Below are positions 25,924-36,400 of a stretch of DNA of 64,000 bases, piece by piece. The DNA comes from Guillardia theta CCMP2712. Its lineage: Eukaryota > Protista > Cryptophyta. Both the position numbers and the translations under genes were made by a program. Positions within the stretch are counted from its first letter, which is position 1, and the number at the start of each line of letters is the position of its first letter. The stretch spans positions 86,140 through 150,139 of the forward strand of contig NW_005434547.1 in NCBI RefSeq assembly GCF_000315625.1, in the 5' to 3' direction. The notes beneath the pieces are model-generated. The model was not told where the DNA came from and searched no databases. It was given only the letters and a program-made list of their open reading frames with translations.

Positions 25924-26933
25924 GAGGATGAGGGAGGGAAAGGAGGAGGTCCTGCGTCAAGACTAGGAGACTCTAGTAGCGCGTTCTCTGGAACCGCCTT
26001 TAAGACAAGTCACCCATCAAGCATCTTCTTGTAAGCAAGAGAGATCTGAGCATAGAGCAGCGAGAATTCTTCTGGGCCGGTACTCGTTGCTGTAGTCCAA
26101 CACCGTTTATAAGATGGACAATATTAGCACATGTTAGCCCCACCCATCCCCGAACCAGTCAAGCTCTCTATTCCTTTCCTTGCTCCTCTCCTCCTGGGGC
26201 CCACCATCTCCGTTTGCAGGGCTAATACCTTGCAGTATGTGTTGATACTTCAGTCCCATTCTCAACAGTCTCACGGTATTTACTCCCTCAACCGTCATCA
26301 TCTTCTCCAGACCTTCATATCTGTCTTCCCCTCTTTTTGCTGTACCTCTTTCAGTATTTTTCTATTACAATGATGAAACGAGCATACAGAAGCGTTATCT
26401 TTGCGTGTCAGCAATCAAAGAGCAGATTCAAAGACAGCCAAGATCACTTCTCGCTTCTTGACCACCTTTTATAGAGTTACTCTAGACCAAGTTTGTGCCG
26501 TCGATCAGTTTTGTTGGGATGTCAGAATGAGCCATTGAAGTTGATCCATCGACTGGTGTTCAGATCCGACACAAACAATGGATGTCTGTATCCAAGATAC
26601 GATTCCACAGGGCTATCAATTCCGCCTACTGGACAAATATCCATCTGACAGTGAGGCTGGTAATGATATCGAGACGTGTTCATTGCCCAATCAACAATCA
26701 TGTAAGAAAAGTTCATTATCAACCCACACTTGGTCGACCTCGCTCACTCAGCACAATTCCTAGCGATCCAGATCACAAGCCTTGCAGACTCGAGATTGGT
26801 TGCGGTATCAACATGAATAATTACACACCAAGGAAGATCCCTGAGCCTTCCAGCCCTCAGCGTCCTGTTCTCCTGCTTGTTTGAGGTCTCTATGTATTGA
26901 CGCAGGACCTCCTCCTTTCCCTCCCTCATCCTC

Positions 26934-27239
26934 TCACCCTCCCTTGCTCTCCAGCTCCATCCGCTTCATGTCCGCAGAGCCCATGATCTGCCTCCCTACT
27001 TGCCTGCTCCACTCCCGTCTGTAGTGCCGCCTGCTCGACTGACTCGCCGTGCCTTCAGCCGCCTGCTGCCTCTGCCCCTTGCGGAACCTCGTCGGGGGAG
27101 GCAGCTTCGGGGAGTCCTTGCAACGCTCGAGGGTCAAGCTGCTATCCTCCTCCAGCAGGTCCCGGCTGTCCTCGGGATGGAGAAGACTGGCGGAGATGGG
27201 GCGGGAGATGTGGTGGTCGATGAACTGAGTCAACTGCAT
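26934..27239 (-). CDS. Small-protein family copy 4 (101 aa)
   Basis: Intact ORF MQLTQFIDHH...LPPPTRFRK...SRQVGRQIM. Confidence 0.6.
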   Translation of the reverse strand: MQLTQFIDHHISRPISASLLHPEDSRDLLEEDSSLTLERCKDSPKLPPPTRFRKGQRQQAAEGTASQSSRRHYRREWSRQVGRQIMGSADMKRMELESKGG

Positions 27240-28080
27240 GCCGGGCAGGCACCTATGTGCTGGAGAGAAGTACTGAGGCAGGAGAGAAGAGAGAAGTTAT
27301 TGAGGGGATTCCACAGAAGGAGGAGACAAACGTGAAGGAGATGAATATGAGCGACAAGCACAACGGGGAGGAGGAGGCGGTGGAGAGGCTGGGAGAGGGG
27401 AGCGATACTAGGGCTTCTGACTGGGAGCGTGAAAGAGCTTTAAAAAAACAAGGGAAGGATAGGGGTCAAAAGTCAAGAAAAACTGACTTTTACTCCCTGC
27501 AGGCTAAAAGTGGTTATAGGCTGCTGTTCCCGGTACAAATCTTAAAAACATATCTCTATGACTGGCCAATGGTCACGTACCGAGAGGGTTTTGACTCCAT
27601 GGGCCTTTTGCAAGGCGTTTGACCACGGCTGGTCAAACACCGGTTAAATCCGATCCGGCGGGTCGCTGGCCATCATCATTGATCATGTTTACTCAAAGTT
27701 AAGTGCAGTGCGACGACATGTGTCGTACTGATTTTTAACTTAACTTTGACTCACCGTAAATTTGAGGCCCAGTAGGCGTGTTCGGTACGCCAATTACAGG
27801 TGGAATGCTGGTACATCAAAAAATTGAGTAAAGCAAATATGGGACCTCGGACCCAGAATTGCAAATTCAAAAGTTGGTGGAATACACCCACAATTGCATT
27901 TCCACCGACTATTGAAACGAGAGCTTTTCGAATTAATGTACCATGAAATTGTTGTACCAGAGGCCATTTAATGTACGATGAATAATTTGTACCAGAGGCC
28001 AATTTGATGTACCGCGAGCTTACAACGCGAATTTAATTTCAAATTCTTGTCTTCACCAATCGCGCGCGCATCAACCATGG

Positions 28081-28158
28081 CAGCAACCTATGCAGGCTGA
28101 AGATCCCCACGGCACTCCACAGCAACCTATGCAGGCTGAAGATCCCCACGGCGCTCCA
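28081..28158 (+). repeat. 39-bp tandem duplication inside the transposon
   Basis: CAGCAACCTATGCAGGCTGAAGATCCCCACGGC(A/G)CTCCA x2. Confidence 0.95.
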
Positions 28159-28194
28159 CTACGTGTTGGAACAGGCGATGAAGGACCTCATGCA

Positions 28195-29107
28195 CTAGGC
28201 GTGGGAGAGCCATCTGAACTGTCCCATGCGGCCATGCAATTCAAGGGGGATGGGGAACAGCGCATGGTGGAGATAGAGGTTTTCTTTATTGAAACTCATC
28301 TGCCAACGACAGGTAATCCTCCACAGACACATCCAGCACCATGTGCTCCCCTTCGAAGTATGCTGTTGTCTGGTTCCCATAAAACAGAGTGTGGATGTTG
28401 AAAATGAACATCGCAAGAGGAAAGAACTTCGCATGTGAGCAGCAAATTGGCTAAATCGATGCCTCCAAGGCCGCATGCTTGCCAACAAGATAGCGTACCT
28501 CTTGTGCAAGATTCTGACCATGTGATTGAAAGTTTCGGAAAGAACTGTGATGGATCCACCCAGAATATATACCAGATCGCACCACCGCGCAGGATATGAC
28601 AGCCGTCGCAGGAAAATCATGAAAGCTGAGTCTGCACGCACGGATGTCCTGTGCCCTCGCTTTCCAAACTTCAACAAGATTGGTTCGTCCCCTACCATCA
28701 TTGGCTGCCCGTTATCATCCTTCAAGCATCGCAGAATGCGATGAAAATGTACTTTACGAAAACGGAACTGCTGCACGAATTCCACGTGCGAGAAGCAATC
28801 TGGCGTCTTCAGTGGTCCCTGCGATCCGGTCCGCTGAAAGGGCAGATTGACGATACGGTTGTTCATGTCCATCATAGACAACAAGCACACAAGCTTCCGC
28901 ACCCGACTACGTGAACGAAGCAGCCAAAACAATGCATCACCAACCCCCATGCCAAGAAGCCACATGCTCTGCCGTGAATGCTGCCAAATCGTGAGCATGA
29001 GAATCCGCCTGATGCGCGCTGATGAGCGATTGACCACAGCCTTCTCCAAATGGTAGAGGAGGGTGCGCCTCCCATACATCCGTGGCGTGTCTCGCTGAAT
29101 CGGCATG
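28195..29107 (-). pseudogene. Harbinger/HARBI1-like transposase N-terminal half, truncated before the DDE core
   Basis: FVQQFRFRK...AFMIFLRRLSYPARWCDLVYILGGS...LSETFN resembles the HTH region preceding DDE_Tnp_4; similarity stops at ~28430. Confidence 0.8.
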
Positions 29108-29280
29108 GTTGATGGGAGCAAGGGCACGGTTTGAATCTTAAAATGTTACTATTATCTTACAACATGACTTATTAAATTGCAATACCGAACACGTTTTCTG
29201 CGCGCGTTCTGAAATCTTAAATGTGGCCCACAATTGAGAATTCAGAATTGACCTGGAATTGGCGTACCGAACACGCCTAG

Positions 29281-31450
29281 AGTACGGTGCTCAGCCGATC
29301 TTCAACTCAGTTAACTTACCGTACGCTGAGTATCAGGGGTCCGACTCGAGCCAAACGGGCCGTCAGTGAACGGCGGGCGGCCCGCCAGCGGCCGGGCCGT
29401 TAGTGCAAGTTGCGTTAATTTTTTCGCCGAGCCGGCGGAGATCGGACAGCGGCCGACACTGTCACTGAAACTTGAAACTCGGCCCGTCAGCCGCGCCCGG
29501 CCCTCGGCGACGACCGTACTCGGACCGTCGGACGCCCGGCGCCGGCCGCCCGGCAGGCTGGCGCAGGCCACGAGCACTCACAGACGGCCCGGCGGCGAAC
29601 GGTCCGATCAGCCCGCGCGGAGCGGCCGCTCCCGGGCTCCCGCCGGGCACCGGCCCGGGCCCAGCCAACGGGCCGTACGGTCCGATCCGATCGTCGGACG
29701 GTGCAGTGCCGTGGGCCGGGCTCCCGCCGGCCGGGCCGCCGGGCTCCTAGGGCCGCCCGGCCGGCGGCCCCCGGCGGCGGCCCGGGCGGCCCCTCACTGC
29801 GGCGGCCGTTGCCAGTGCCCGGCGGGCCTTGAAACTTCCAAGTTCCCGGACGCCGGGGCCGGGGCCCGGCCGCCGGCCCTGAGGCCGCTCCCGGAGTCCT
29901 CAGTGGCAATGATCATCGATTGTGGCTCGGACGCGGCCACAAAAGCCGAGTCGGATCTCAGTACGGTCACCGGCGGTGCCAGGACTCAGGCTCATTGTTG
30001 CTACATTCGGACTCCGGGGGCGGCCTTCCGAAGTTCATTTTTCCGAACTTGGAAGTTAGTGCCGCTTCCGAATCGGAACTTCACGTGACAGGCTGGGCCG
30101 CGCCGGGCGGAACCGTCGGCCGCGTGGCGACTGCGGCCTCCGCAGACTCGGAGCGGCCCGCGCACTGCGGCCGCTGAGTGACTTGCCGGACTCCGGGGAG
30201 TCAGCCCTGCCAGGCTGAGACTCAGAGTCGTAGTCTCAGTGAGTCCGATCGGGGCGAGTCACCGGGCACTGCGGCGCGCGGCGCCGGCGCGGCGCCGCCG
30301 CGCGCCGCACTGGCAGCTCCGACTCGCGGCGCCGCTTCCGAAGTTCCCGGGTCCGAGTTTGGGCTCGGAGCCTGAGTGGCACGGGCGCCGCGGGGCGCCG
30401 CAGTGTGCCTGGCATCCGACGATGATCGACTCACTGTCGGGGTCACTTGCGGTCCGATCAGACCGTCGGTCACTGACTCGGAGTCGACGGTGCCGCCCGG
30501 CTGCCGCAGTGCCCCGCACCGTCACTGTGACTGCGCCGCCGGCCGCCCCGGAGACGGTCAGACACTGCGGCAGCCTGGTCACTGCGGGCGCCGCGCCGCT
30601 GGCCGCCGCTGAGCCGACGGTGACTCAGTGCCATACCGTAGTACAGCCAGCCCAGGAGTCAGTGAGTGCTCAGCCGACAGCGTTCAGCAGGCTCCTCAGG
30701 GCCGGGGCCCCGCCCGGGCCTCACTGTCAGTCACAGGCTCAGTCCCTCAGGCGCCGGGCCTGAGTCTTGGCCGCTGGCGCGGCCCCCGTAAGTTCAGTCA
30801 CGGTCATCCCGGGCCCGTCAGGCCGCCCGGCCGCTGACGGGGCCCCCGGCGGCGGCCAGGCTGCATATGATGGCCGTGGGTTCGGGGGCCGCTGCACGCC
30901 GGGTCGGTAATTGAATGTGTCCGACGGTACCGGGCCCGGCGGCCGCCGGGCGGCCGGGTCACCGGGTCCCGGGTCGGCGCGGCAGTGTACGGTCGGCACT
31001 GGTCCGATCAGGGTGGCCGCCGCCGTGACTCAGCCGGTACTGACCGTAGTGCCGCCGGGTCACCCGGGGCCCGGGCCCGGTGTCGGCCGCACTCAGCCTG
31101 GCAGTGGAGTCGGCACTCAGTGACTGGTGTCGGCACAGCAGAGCTGTGTCGGCCAAGACCCCAGACTGGGCCCGGGGCGGCCCTCGGCCGGGCCGGGCCA
31201 GGGCCCGACGGTGTAACGGCGCCGGAGTCGGACGGTCACGCCACGGCGGGGCCCGGCGGGGCCGCCTAACTTAGTAACTTAGTAAGCCCGGACTCGGGAA
31301 CTCCGACTCCGGCGGCCGCCCGTGGCAGCCCGGCCCGCCGGCTCAGGCCCGTCCTACTGACCGACAGTGAAGCGTGGCACTGCGGCATCTCAGTGACGGT
31401 CCGGTCGGCGGCGAATTTGGCCAAGTTGAACCGTAAACTGAGGATGAGGC
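29281..31450. repeat. Largest GC-rich palindrome-dense island (~2.1 kb)
   Basis: Dense CCGG, GGCC, CCCGGG, GTCAC/GTGAC, GACTC/GAGTC, CTCAG/CTGAG and GTAC words; TTCCGAAGTTC at ~30026 and ~30336. Confidence 0.8.
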
Positions 31451-31657
31451 TGAACCCGAGCTAAAAGAAATGATTATTGTCTGAGATAAGTTAAACAGAC
31501 CTTGTTGTGAGTGCACAGCTTATAGCACTAGTTTTAAAGATATTGACTAAATATTTTGGTACAAAGATTGGTACAAGGAACACATTTCAGGACGGTACAA
31601 ATCATGATGAGTGTTTTCCAAAACTGGTACAAATCAGTACTGGATTATTCTTTATAA

Positions 31658-31996
31658 TCAAGTTGTATGTGACTTAGCCTTCCTGCTCTTCCTGCTCTTC
31701 CTGCTCTTGACCTCCTCTTCGGGAGTCCTTCTAGATTTTGGTAAGTCAGTATTGGTGACAAGGTCTCCAAACAAACTCTTCAAATCTTTCCATGCCATTG
31801 GGAGTATCAATTCGCCGTCCTCGTCGACAGCCCTGGGGTTCACTTTGAGTAACAGACGCACGATCCTATTGATCTTGCATCGGTAAACTTTCTTTGTACT
31901 ATCAGCGATGACTTTGTTCTCTATCAGGTCAAATGCCCTTTCTTGTCGTCGTTGTCGCTCCTGCAACATGGCATCATTTGCTCTGCTGGATTGCAT
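31658..31996 (-). pseudogene. Possible Crypton-like tyrosine-recombinase N-terminal fragment
   Basis: IADSTKKVYRCKINRIVRLL...VDEDGELILP resembles the [ST]-T-x-x-x-Y core-binding helix of eukaryotic tyrosine-recombinase elements; AT-rich flanks; no catalytic residues present. Confidence 0.4.
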
Positions 31997-32444
31997 TTTT
32001 CGGGCAGTTCTGGTTCGATACAAAAATGTTTACTCAATGTCACCATGAGTCAGCATTATTGCGTGGTGCTACCTTGGAGTGCGCTTTGCACAATTATTTT
32101 GACAAAATAACGTTGTGAATGCAGTACCACCCACTCCTGCCCATCCAATGGGCTGGATAGTACCGGTACATTGCAGGTTGCACTGTCAATCATTAAAATT
32201 TTGCAACTTTTTTGTCAGTGCACCATACATACTTTTAAAATTTCGAAATCTATCTGTTTTAGTGCGCCGAAAAAATTGATTACTTATTTCATATGAAGGT
32301 AAAACTATATATGAACACATATATAGTTTTTGCAGAATATAGATACAATACTTAGGTCGCTTCTCCATCTGATCGTACATTTTTTCCCTATATCAATTTT
32401 ATATTCTTAGTTGTAAAATAACAACTCCTCTTTTTTTCTCCTCG

Positions 32445-33265
32445 TGCACCCCCCACCCCCCACCCTCTACCCACCCTATGATTCACAAGTACCCCGAATA
32501 CAGATGTTTCCACTACCCCTTTTGGCCAACCGCTCTTCTTTGACCCCACCCCACCCTCTTCTTAATCTGTACGGACCACCCACGGCATATCACCTTGTTA
32601 AGTAATCGTAAGCATCGTTGTTGGATATGGCTGACACTAGGACAAGGTCATACCCATGACAAAGAATACATAAAGTACCCACCCCCTGAAATCCCTTCAC
32701 GAAATCCACCACCCACCCCTGTTACCGTCACCCACCACGTCGACCAGTCTACAGCGGGACAACCAATTTCTTTTCCACAAACCTGCATGTGCACATGAAC
32801 CCTAGGTTTCCCCACGACAGTACCCTACCCATTGACGATGGACCCCCTGTCCTGGTTTACACCCCGTTGCCAATTTGTGTACCCTTTGTTTTCTCAATAT
32901 TATACGTCCAATACCACCCGTACTGAGTACCCCCTACCCCTAATTTCAATCTTTTCTGCACTTAATCCCCACCCAACTAGTGTTTCCTGAGCTATTCCGG
33001 ACACCCCCTCCTCCATACGGTACCTGGGCCCTGTTCCACCCCCTTCAGAAAATTTTAGAAGGACCCTACCCATCTTAAAGATCAGCTTTACTTTGAGGAT
33101 CACATACCACCGGTCACAGAAATACGATAGTACCCCCCATGCTCCCATCCTGTCCCAGAATCATATAACCCCTACCCTGAATCTTACCGAAATGTAAGAC
33201 TCCACCGGTACTGTAAATACCCCAACCCCCCCTAATTCCCACAGGATACCCCACCCCCCTTGCGT
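32445..33265 (+). promoter_or_regulatory. TACCCC/CACCCC-rich tract upstream of CPS
   Basis: Dozens of (T/C)ACCC(C) words, nearly all on the + strand, ending about 140 bp before the ATG; function inferred only. Confidence 0.4.
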
Positions 33266-33406
33266 GCTCCCCTGGACCGCAAGCAGCCTCCATCTCGCAA
33301 CCCGTGAGCACCGTTGCACCGCGAGTCGTCTCCTGTCCGCTTCCTCTGTCGCCCTCCTTCTCTGAGGTAGGACTCGAGATCTAAGGGCGGAACGCGGCTG
33401 CTCAGG

Positions 33407-36400
33407 ATGTTGAACGCCGTGCCCACTTCGTTGAGAGGGCTCGGCCGCACCGCCTCACGTTCACTTCTCCCCTTTGCTAGAGTCGCAGCTCCCTCTGCGG
33501 CAAAGCAGGAGCGGGTGAAGAGCTGCCATTCTATCTTCGGCGTGCAAGCGAGAAGCTTCTCTGATGTGCAGAGATCCTCAGGTCACTTGGGCCCCATCGA
33601 CCTTGGAGGAGGCTTGGGTGGAACTTCAGGAGTGTCGAAGAGGACCGACAGGAAATGTACGCTGGTGCTCGAGGACGGGTCTGTGTTTTCAGGGCAGAGC
33701 TTCGGAGCCGAAGTTTCTGTTGCAGGGGAGGTCGTCTTTAACACTGGTATGGTTGGATACGTCGAGAACTTCACGGACCCCTCTTATCGGGGCCAGATCC
33801 TCGTCAACACCTACCCCCTGTTGGGTAACTACGGCGTGCAGCACTCGCCGCCCGATGAGCTTGGTCTCCCCTCGGGCATGGAGAGTGATCGTGTGCAGGT
33901 CACAGCTGTGATCTGCCAGGACTACTGCCACCTCCCCTCTCACTGGAACGCCGACAAGACTCTATCTCAATGGCTCAAGGAGCACAACGTACCTGGTATG
34001 TACGGAGTTGACACCCGTGCGCTCACCAAGAAGCTGCGCATGCACGGGAGCATGAAGGGAAAGATCGTGATGGAGGAAGATGTCCCTCTCAGCGATCCCA
34101 ACATGCTCAACCTCGTTGCTCACGTCTCCACCAAGGTTCCCATGACCTTTGGCTCCGGCGACGTGCACATCCTGGCGATCGACTGCGGCATCAAGTACAA
34201 CATCATCCGATCTCTCTGCGCTGCCGGAGTGCGCATGACTGTCGTTCCCTGGAACTGGGACATCAAGAAGGAGAGGTTCGACGGGTTGTTCATCTCCAAC
34301 GGCCCCGGCGACCCCGCCATGTGCGAGGAGACCGTTGCCAACCTGAGGTGGGCGCTGGAGCAGGACATTCCCATCTTCGGCATCTGCTTGGGAAACCAGC
34401 TCCTTGCTCGTGCTGCTGGATGCAAGGTTAGTCCCTGCTCGTGACCGCCAGGTAGGCCGCTGATCGACTTGAGCAGACTTATAAGCTCAAGTTCGGAAAT
34501 CGTGGCCACAACCAGCCAGTCAAGGACATGCTTACAGACAAGGTAGGCAAGCAAGCTCTGTGCTGAGATTGTCGCTAGACGCTGACGGGTGCTCTTTGTC
34601 AAGGTTTACATCACTCCTCAGAACCACGGGTATGCTGTTGACCACACAGACCTTCCTCCCGAGTGGAAGCCCTACTTTGTGAACATCAATGACGTCACCA
34701 ACGAAGGTCTCGTGCATGTTTCAAAGCCATTTTTCTCTGTTCAGTTTCACCCCGAGGCTAGTGGAGGACCGGAAGACACTGGTTTCTTGTTCCAGCGCTT
34801 CATCGACAAGGCAAGGGAGTACAAGAGGTTCGGAAAGGCGGACTCAGTCTATCAGACCGGCCCGTACTTCCGCAACAAGAAGGTGCTTGTCCTGGGATCT
34901 GGTGGACTTCAGATCGGTCAGGCTGGAGAGTTCGATTATTCCGGCTCGCAGGCTATCAAGGCCCTCAAGGAGGAGGGATGCGAGACTATCCTTGTCAACC
35001 CCAACATCGCTACCGTGCAGACTGCGGAGGGGGTCGCCTCCAAGGTTTACTTCCTGCCCGTGACCACCTCCTTCATCGAGCAGATCATCGAGAAGGAGCG
35101 CCCCGATGGGATCTGCTTGCAGTTCGGAGGACAGACCGCCCTCAACTGCGGCGTCGAGCTCTGGAAGCAAGGAGTGCTTGAGAAGTACGGGGTCAGAGTT
35201 CTTGGAACCCCCGTGGAGACAATCATTGCTGCCGAAGATCGCGACATCTTCAAGGAGAAGCTGGAGGAGATTGGGGAGAAGCTCGCTCCTTCCATTGCTT
35301 GCAATACCCTCGAGGAGTCCCTCGAGGCTGCCAAGAACATCGGCTACCCTGTCATAGTGCGCGCTGCCTTCGCCCTCGGCGGCCTCGGGTCCGGGTTTGC
35401 GGACAACGAAGACCAGCTGACGAGACTTGTGGAGGTTTCTCTTTCTTCCAGCCCGCAGGTGCTTGTGGAGAAGTCGATCAAGGGATGGAGAGAGGCTGAG
35501 TACGAGGTCGTGCGCGACGCCTACGACAACTGCGTCACCGTCTGCAATATGGAGAACTTTGACCCTATGGGGATCCACACGGGAGAGAGCATCGTCATCG
35601 CTCCCTCGCAGACTCTGTCCAACGACGAGTACCACATGCTGAGAACGGCTGCTGTGAAGGTGATCAGGCACCTTGGCATCATCGGCGAGTGCAACATCCA
35701 GTATGCCCTGGACAAGGACTCAGAGGACTACTGCATCATCGAGGTTAACCCTCGCCTTTCCCGCTCATCCGCTCTTGCCTCCAAGGCTACTGGGTACCCT
35801 CTTGCTGCTGTGGCTGCCAAGCTTGCTCTTGGTGAGTTGTGGACAGACTGTTTGGATGAGTTCTTGTTCGTGTACGAGTTCTTGTTCTTGTTCTTGTTCG
35901 TGTTGGTGCTCTTGTTTCTCGATTGCTGGACAGGCAGTGTCGTGATTGACGTATCTAAAAACAACTCTCCATGTTACTTTTTGTTTCCTCTCCCCCCTGA
36001 GAATTGTTTTGCAGGTATCGAGCTTGAGAAAATCCCTAACGCAGTGACGAAAGTCACCACTGCAGCTTTCGAGCCCTCACTCGATTACTGTGTCGTCAAG
36101 TACCCACGATGGGATCTCTCCAAGTTCGATCGCGTCGAGAAGCAGATTGGAACCCAGATGCGATCGGTTGGAGAGGTGAGATTTCTCCTGCCTCCTCCTC
36201 ATGCCTCCTCTTCCTCCTTCTCCTGCTCCTGCTCCTCCTGCTCCTCCTCCTTCTCTTCGTGCTCCTCCTTTCCTGGTAGTGATCTCACCATCCCCTCCTG
36301 CAGGTCATGTCTATTGCCCGTGACTTCACCGAGGGCATCCAGAAGGCCATGAGGATGGTCAACTCCTCCTGGAAGGGCTTTGAGCCCCTTACCAAGTTCA

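Larger units (their letters stand above)
25617..27241. repeat. Inverted duplication: arms 25617-25960 and 26897-27241, spacer about 936 bp
   Basis: The arms align as reverse complements with about 5 differences by eye. Confidence 0.95.
27775..29277 (-). mobile_element. Internally deleted PIF/Harbinger-related DNA transposon (~1.5 kb)
   Basis: TIRs GGCGTGTTCGGTACGCCAATT(A/C)CAGGT at 27775-27801 and 29251-29277 (1 mismatch), with TA on both outer sides; transposase N-terminal half inside. Confidence 0.88.

Noticed and set aside
29311-31274. Many overlapping Pro/Ala/Arg/Gly-rich ORFs in the GC islands (also at 19.5, 51 and 53-54 kb)
   Set aside because: They are open in all six frames because stop codons are rare at this GC content, and they have no domain features.
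32445-33265. C-rich tracts as interstitial telomeres
   Set aside because: They have no tandem unit of fixed period.
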